A stretch of DNA of 64,000 bases from Eledone cirrhosa (Eukaryota), in NCBI GenBank assembly GCA_964016885.1, contig OZ024745.1, forward strand, positions 104,594,001 through 104,658,000, given 5' to 3'. Under the pieces are notes generated by a model. It ran no database searches, was not told the DNA's origin, and was given only the letters and a program-made list of their open reading frames with translations. Each line of letters begins with the position of its first letter. The first letter of the stretch is position 1. Shown piece by piece: positions 56,802-64,000 of the stretch. A program made the position numbers and the translations under genes.

Positions 56802-57831
56802 ATAAAGTTCCATTTACTGCTGAAACGAAAAACACAGAAAAAGCAAAGCAGGTAAAAGTAACTGCAAAGAAAGAACTGCTACAGAAACTGGCTAAGAAAT
56901 GGCAAGAAAAGCCTCTGTATGGAAAATACCCAGAAAGAGCTAACAATCCTGATGTTGACAAAACTTTAACCCATCAGTGGTTAGCTTCCTCTGGACTGAA
57001 ATCGGAGACTGAAGGACTGATTATATCCGCACAAGATCAGTGTCTGCCAACAAAAAATTACCAAGCCAACATAATAAAAAATGGATGCAACCCATGATGC
57101 CATGTATGTAAAAAGCAACCAGAGACCATTGATCATATAATTTCAATGTGCAGTCCTATAGCTCCAACCAAATACCTAAACAGGCATGTCAGAGCTGCAC
57201 AATACATACATTGGATAATGTGTAAGCATTTTGACCTGACCCATCAAAATAATTGGTGGGAGCATCAACCACCTCCCATACTTGAAAAAGATCACATCTC
57301 AATCTTGTGGAACTTTAGCATCCAAACAGACCGAAAAATAGATGCAAATAGACCTGATATAATACTGAAGGACTTTAAAAAGAGGGTATGCCTACTAATT
57401 GATGTGTGCGTTCCAATAGACAAGAATGTATCTATAAAAACATTTGAAAAATTGAGCAAGTATAAGGACCTGGAGATACAAATTGGAAAAATGTGGAAAT
57501 TGAGAACTAAAACAATACCAGTGGTTGTAGGCGCTCTGGGAATGATACCTAAGGGGTCTAATGATTACTTATCGCAAATCCCAGGAAACCCGCGTATAGG
57601 AGAAATACAAAAGATAGTACTAATGGGAACTGCCCATATACTAAGGAAGATTCTGTCAATATAAGTACATCACAAGTCTAAACACCTAAGGATGCATGTG
57701 TGAATATGTATGTTCTTTCTTGAACATGGCAGACCTTGTTGTCTCTTGAGGTCACTGGTTGTGACTTGGTGATAACTCGTATGAACATAAAGCAAGATAA
57801 ATGCAACTGTAATAATAATAATAATAATAAT
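56802..57831 (+). mobile_element. 5'-truncated R4/Dong-type non-LTR retrotransposon (REL endonuclease)
   Basis: ETEGLIISAQDQ; CCHC knuckle (CHVCKKQPETIDHIISMC); RH; NRPDII..IDV..EKLSKY; flanked by (TAA)n; stop at 57095. Confidence 0.88.
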
Positions 57832-58005
57832 TGTTTCTACTTTTGGCACAAGGCCAGCTATTAGCCCAGTGCATTACTGGTACTTTATTTTATCGACCCC
57901 GTAAGGATGAAAGGCAAAGTTAACCTCGGCAGGATTTGAACTCAGAATGGCAAAGGCTGTAACTCTATGCGTCAAAGCATGGCGTCCGACTCTCTACCGA
58001 TACTA
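57832..58005 (-). mobile_element. tRNA-derived SINE
   Basis: Inverted full SINE in the TAA tract. Confidence 0.85.
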
Positions 58006-58009
58006 TAAT

Positions 58010-58813
58010 AATACAGAATTTGGAGATCCACAGACATGGAACTGGTTAAAAAAGAGGAGACTTTAAAAAAGCTACAGAAGGAATGCTAATGGCTGCGCAA
58101 GAGCAAGCCCTCAGAACAAAGTGGGTGAAACACCATATTGACAAGAAGGAGACTAGCTCACTGTGTAGGATCTGTGGAGAGAGAGAGGAGACTGTGGCTC
58201 ACATTGTATCCGAGTGTAAACACCTAGCCCAGACTCACTATAAAGGCTGGAGAAATGATGTGATAGGCAGGGTGATTCACTGGCATCTATGCAAACTAAA
58301 CAATTTACCACATTCTGAGAAGTGGTATGAGCATAAGCCAGAGTCGGTGATAGAAAACGATCAAGTGAAAGTGCTATGGGATTTTAGGATACAGACGGAC
58401 AAGAAATTAGAACACAATAGGCCTGAGCTGGTGGTTTTGGACAAGGAAAAAAGATTGTGCCTGATTGTGGATGTGGCCTGCCTATTCGACACGAGAGTGC
58501 AAGAAAAGGAGAGAGAGAAAATTAACCGATACCAGGATTTAAAGTGGGAGTTAAAAAGGATTTGGAACTGCCATGAAATCAAGGTCGTCCCGATTGTCAT
58601 AGGCGCACTAGATACTGTCTCAAGGAGTTTCCAAGGCGGGTTAAAGAAGATTAGTCCAGCCCCGTTTTTTGGAACACTTCAAAAGGCATGTTTGCTGGGA
58701 ACAGTAAGAACCCTCCGATACATCCTGATTATCTGAGGCTGCAGGTAACGGCTTGATATTCATTTCAACAAACTTTCCAGTTAAATAACATCAATGACTG
58801 AGACTCAAAGAAC

Positions 58814-58830
<17 letters not shown>
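58010..58830 (+). mobile_element. Second R4/Dong-type REL retrotransposon 3' fragment (different subfamily)
   Basis: LMAAQEQAL; CRICGEREETVAHIVSEC; NRPELVV..VDVAC..EKINRYQDL; (TAA)n tail. Confidence 0.88.
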
Positions 58831-58844
<14 letters not shown>

Positions 58845-59305
58845 ATATTCAGTTTGTTTACAAGTAAACAGACTCATAAAACTTGTAAACAAACCTAATA
58901 TTAATAATACTATGATATTATTGTAATATTATTGTTATTCACTCACAAATGCATTTAGGTATACACCACATTAAGAGCAAAACCAATTTTTTTTTTTTAA
59001 TTTTTGGCAAAACTGGTTGTAAAATCGCTTGGTATGCAAATGAAGCTAATCACCCAATGTATATATTTGAGAATACTATATATTCTCAGCAGTTCCAGTG
59101 GGTAGCAAGAGCAGAATATACAATCTTGACAAGGAGCAAGACATTCTGAAACAATTGTCAATTGTTTTCTTTCAGCTACCGCTGAAATAAACGAATGAAG
59201 TTGTTATCTACCACATGGTGTTTTATGAGGCTGTTTACTTGTAAACAAACTGAATATTAATAATATTATGATATTTTAATATCATTATTATTCACTAATG
59301 AATAT

Positions 59306-60059
59306 TTATGTACATGGTTTCATGAGATTAAATGTAAACTTATAAAAATGCCTCCATACCAACCAGAATCAAATTGCTGAAGGAATCGACACAACTGTTA
59401 AAACAGGCTTAAAATTGTATTCAACAAGTAAAGGTTACATCAATTCATATTTGAGTCTCATACTTTTGTGTTATCAGACAATCCTTCACTCATGAAGAAT
59501 TTCATAGTCTATATGCTTTGGTGGGTAAACAAATAGGATCACTAATATATATTCATGTACTATGAAACCGGAGCTGCAGTTTGGTATTGATGCAGAAGAA
59601 ATGATGAGCTATAAAATCAAGATTTATATACCAAGCAGAAAATAATGTAGTTGTGATTCTTAAGGGCGAACAAGGTATACTAACTCATGCAGATCAAATA
59701 AACAATGATATAAATATTGATAGGGAACAAAATGCTGAATCAGTCCCTTCAGCTTTGAATAATATTCCAGAATCTATTAATAAAATTTGTGATTTGATAA
59801 CTGATACAGGAACAAACATTGCATATGATATTAGATGCAGTTCTCGAATAACGAAAGGAATTAAACCAATTCGTTTCTAGGAGATGTGATGGCATTGTTA
59901 TGCTAATATTATTTTATGCATTTTGCGTGCTTGCACATGATTGAGTCTATTTAAGGTAGCTACTAGTCTGATGAATAACATTTCTGAATGTAAAGGATCT
60001 CATTTGACTACGGCTGTACTTGGATAAATGGTGTGTGGCACGATAAACATAATACTACA
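59306..60059 (+). pseudogene. Old Gypsy remnant part 2: integrase C-terminus and possible 3' LTR (about 59885-60059)
   Basis: CTWFHEIKCKLIKMPPYQPESN and RITKGIKPIRF* followed by GGAGA|TGTGATG...TACTACA. Confidence 0.6.
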
Positions 60060-60379
60060 TATACATCGTTTGCAACACAGGTTTTTCCAACACATACTTT
60101 ACAAAATTTATACTTTTTATGAAAGTATATTATGAATATATGTACAGATGTGTGTGGTGTGTATGTACATATGTGTGTATGTATATATGTGTGTGTATAT
60201 ATGTATGTGTGTACATGTGTATACATGTATGAATATATGTATGTAAGTAGGTAGGTACACATGTATGTATGCATATGTAAGTATGTGTGTATGTATGTAT
60301 ATATATATATGAATGTATATATGTAGGTATGTATGTGTATATGTATATGTATGAATATATGTATGTATGTATGTGTATG

Positions 60380-61381
60380 CAGTGGCGGACTGGCCAGATT
60401 GCCAGGTAGCCCAATGGCAAGTGGGCCCCATGCTAGCACTGCAAGAGCCCACAGTAGCATTGCAGGGCCCACTGTAGTATTTTAGGGGGCCAAAGCTTTG
60501 CTTTCAAAAAATACCTGAAATCTAAGAGAAAGATTAAAAAAAAAAATTAAATAAATAAAACAATTAAGCAAAGCATTTGGTCAACCAAGGAGGGGGAGGA
60601 ATGAGGTGGAACAGAAATGAAACATAGATTACAGGTTAAAATATAGTCTAGATAGATGTGAAACAAAACGAGGATGTAGTTTATGGAACACCCAAATGAT
60701 TTAGACGTCGACATTAAGTAGGAGCAATAACATTAAGAAAGACTTGAACGACACCACAACACTTTGTTTTGAAAATTTTGAAAGTAGGTTTATAAGTATG
60801 AATTTTCATAAGATTTATGTAGTTGTCTATGTGGCCTAGTGGTAGGTACTAGATGCAGTGGAGATCCTGACCTTGGGTTCAGTCCTGGTTGAGAGGTACA
60901 TGTAACCTTTTTCAGTTTTTATTTTACAACCCATTGAAAAAAACTGAAAAGTTTACTGGGAACCCTGCTCCCAACGAGGACTGAACTTCAGACCAGGATC
61001 ACCACTGTCTATGATTCCTCCAACTTGGCCACTGAGACAGCTACAAAAGTATAATGAAAATTGATAATTATAAACCTACTTTCAAAATCAAAGTTAAAAA
61101 GCTGTGGTGTCATTCATGGCTTTCCTAGAACCATTCGTAATATTTAGGGTCGACTTCTGGTCATTACTGAAAATCTTGGATTTCGCAAAATAAATAATAT
61201 TTTTTATTGGAGAAGGTAAGATATTTTTCCGCAAAAATTTGATTGCACTGCTTTGTTTCCACTTATGTATTTTTCGAAAATGTTATTTATTCATTATAAA
61301 AATTAAATGATAGCATTCTATATGTAGGTGGGCCCTCTTCATCTCCTGGCAACCAATATTTTAAAACCCAGTCCGCCACTG
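60380..61381. mobile_element. Non-autonomous hAT-type DNA transposon
   Basis: Perfect 14-bp TIR CAGTGGCGGACTGG/CCAGTCCGCCACTG; 8-bp TSD-like TGTGTATG/TATGTATG (within a TATG repeat). Confidence 0.85.
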
Positions 61382-61589
61382 TATGTATGTATGCATATAT
61401 GTGTGTAGGTGTATATGGTATGGGTGTGTGGTTTGCTTCATAACTAATTTGTCTTGGGTTTTTATTTTAATATGCAAGCATCTTCTATTCTATACTTGTG
61501 CGAACCAATGTTTTCTGAGGGAATTTGGTAGCTGGAAACTGTAGACAGAAGCCCATCCCCAAATATATATATAAATATGTATGTGTGTG

Positions 61590-61945
61590 TAAATGTGCGT
61601 GAACGACCCAGCATAAATGTGTTGAGAGAGAAACTGTGTCTGAGAGGGATAGAATGTAGTGTACGGGAGAGGAGACTGAGGTGGTATGGACATGTGATGC
61701 GCATGGAGGATGACCGATGGGTGAAGAAGTGCCAGGAATTGCCAGTTGAATGAAGACGTGGTAGAGGTAGACCACGAAAAACATGGGCAGAGGTGGTGAG
61801 AACAGACCTCAGATCATTGAAGCTCACGGCGGAGATGACGAGGGACTGTGACGAGTGGAGAGATGCTGTGCTGAATAAGACCCGTCCCACCCTTGCAAGC
61901 AGGGAAAAGCGGACGGAAAATGATGATGATGATGATGATGATGAT
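61590..61945 (+). mobile_element. RTE LINE 3' fragment (family B)
   Basis: RRLRWYGHVMRMEDDRWVKKC..RGRPRKTW motif; short 3' UTR CCCGTCCCACCCTTGCAAGCAGGG; (GAT)n. Confidence 0.85.
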
Positions 61946-62209
61946 ATGTGTGTTTAGAAATAACAGTCAATGTTTCTTCCAATCACACAACACAGTCACA
62001 AAAAAGGAAGAACTTATTATCTAATTTTTGCAGTACTGGCTACATCATGATGAAACTTATAAGTAACTGTTACCATTTCTTATAATATAAAAATACGTTT
62101 ATTTGACTCTATATTTTGTATTGAGTTCTATATCAGATAATGTGTTAATCAATGCTTAACACACTCCAATATATGTTAAATGCTTATGCGTTATAGTTTC
62201 TCCCTATAT

Positions 62210-62680
62210 ACAAAAGGAAGGCTGCATGATGCCTGTGTGCAGGGTGTAATGTTACATGGTAGTGAAACATGAGCTGTGACTAAAGAGGACATGCATAGAC
62301 TGGAGAGAAATGAAGCAACCATGTTTTATTGGATGTGCAATGTAAATGAAGAAAAATACAGAGCTTGGATGAGCTAAAGAGAAGCTGGGCTTAAGGGGAA
62401 TATGAGATGGTGTGCAGCAGAGAAGACTGCATTGGTATGGACATGTAATGCACATGGACAATGACCTATGGGTGAAGAAATGCCAGGAAATCCCAGTGGA
62501 AAGAAGCAGCAATAGAGAATGACCAAGAAAGACCTGGGCAGAATTTGTGAGAGGAGACCTCAGATCAATAAACCTTGCAGAGGAGTGGAGAGATGCTGTG
62601 CCAAGAAGGACCCATCTAACTCATGCAAGCATGGAAAAGTGGACATAAAAACGATGATGATGAGGATGATGATGATGATA
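62210..62680 (+). mobile_element. Degraded RTE LINE 3' fragment
   Basis: KGRLHDACVQ..MLHGSET and RRLHWYGHV remnants; (GAT)n. Confidence 0.8.
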
Positions 62681-63469
62681 TCATGATCATCATCATTTAA
62701 TATCCATTCTCCATGTGCTCAGTATATGAACTCATGAATTTTTTCTTTATTACACTCAGCAGGATTAACTAACAAGTAGTATAAATATACATCAATTTAA
62801 GATTGTAACTAAAAGATTAGACTACTATTAAGACATACTGATAAACAGAGCAGCACACACTGATGAACTAAACAGTGAAAAGGTGGTGGTAACATATTCT
62901 TCAATAAGAAAGAGACTGGGAAATGTTTTGTAAGAATAAATCCAATTTAGTTCAATTCAATCGAGGAGATTTTTTTTCTGAATGAATTGAAATGGCGCCA
63001 ATTGTGTGTTAATACAGAGGAAATAAGTTGCCAGACATCATCAGGACAGTCTTGTCAAGAAAGTTCACCAGTTTCTGTCAGAGGGTAGATATCAGATGTA
63101 TCTCTGTAATTGTGTGATTATCACTGATTTCTTTGGACAAGACAAAAAGCTAAATTTTCTTGTCAATCGAATTGACCCGTAAAACCTTCCTCAATATACC
63201 ACTGCTACTGGTACATTATTGATTTCAGAAGAATAAAAGGAAGAGACAGCAATAATAGAATGAATTGGAAGTTATATTTTAGACAGAAAATTACACCCAA
63301 CAATGTAGTGTTGTATAAATTCTCTTGCAGCATCACTTCCTTTTCTCTTCCACCTCACTTATAGAAGAGGTAGTGGGAACTAATGTCCAATATAAAACCA
63401 AGAGTGAAAATTAAAATTCAGTTCAAGTTAAGAATCATATCAAATGTAAGTGAATATGTAAGTAGGTTC

Positions 63470-63665
63470 TTCTGGTTAGAGTCAGACACCATGCATAGAG
63501 TTATGACCCTTTATATTCTAAGTTCAAATCCTACCAAGTTTAGCTTTGCCTTTCAACTTTACGGGGGCAATAAAATAAAAAATACCAGTAACACACTGGT
63601 GTCGATTTAATTGACGTTCCCCTCCCCAAAAATTGTTGGCCTTATGCCTAAATCAGAAACTATTA
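63470..63665 (+). mobile_element. Diverged tRNA-derived SINE
   Basis: AGTTCAAATCC, GCCTTTCA...AATAAAATAAA..TACCAG core. Confidence 0.75.
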
Positions 63666-64000
63666 TTTTATAAATTTTTGCCAATAGAGAGAGAGTCGGT
63701 TTCTAACATAGACACAAGACTCTTTCATTGGAATTTAAACAACATCAACTAGGTAGATATGTATGTATGCATGCATGTGTGTGCAGATATGGATGTTATT
63801 GTATGTGTGGATGTGTATGTTTTGAGTTATATGTGTGCATGTGCATATGTTTTGCATCTGCACATGCAGTTATTACATGCAAAATTTTTGGAATGTTTTA
63901 TATGTATGTATGTATGTATATATGTATACAAAGGGCAGAAGAACTCATAAGATGCAACGGCCATCCAAAAGTGTGTAAATATGTATATACACAGGTACCA

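Overview
AT-rich, repeat-dense eukaryotic DNA. The SINE, RTE and microsatellite content suggests an octopod cephalopod (inference). The only host coding sequence I recognise is the first coding exon of an MBOAT7/LPIAT1 ortholog (minus strand, 12404-12621), with a CpG/ETS/CTCF-like promoter just upstream; its later exons were not found in the window. The rest is mostly transposable elements. A nearly complete Ty3/Gypsy LTR element (19649-27764, minus; CTAG TSD, tRNA-Trp-like PBS, GGGAAAC slippery site) carries a nested Penelope-like insert with an intact hammerhead ribozyme fold, which is itself interrupted by an RTE LINE. Also present are a second RTE copy, two TAA-repeat-associated restriction-like-endonuclease (R4/Dong-type) LINE fragments, an older fragmented Gypsy, mariner, hAT and piggyBac-like elements, about 25 tRNA-derived SINEs, and large micro- and minisatellites. 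The most interesting signals are (i) several minimal type I hammerhead ribozyme folds and (ii) a non-autonomous hAT element whose core is a ~390-bp palindrome of two convergent tRNA-like (Pol III A/B box) units. Most ORFs in the supplied track are repeat artefacts.
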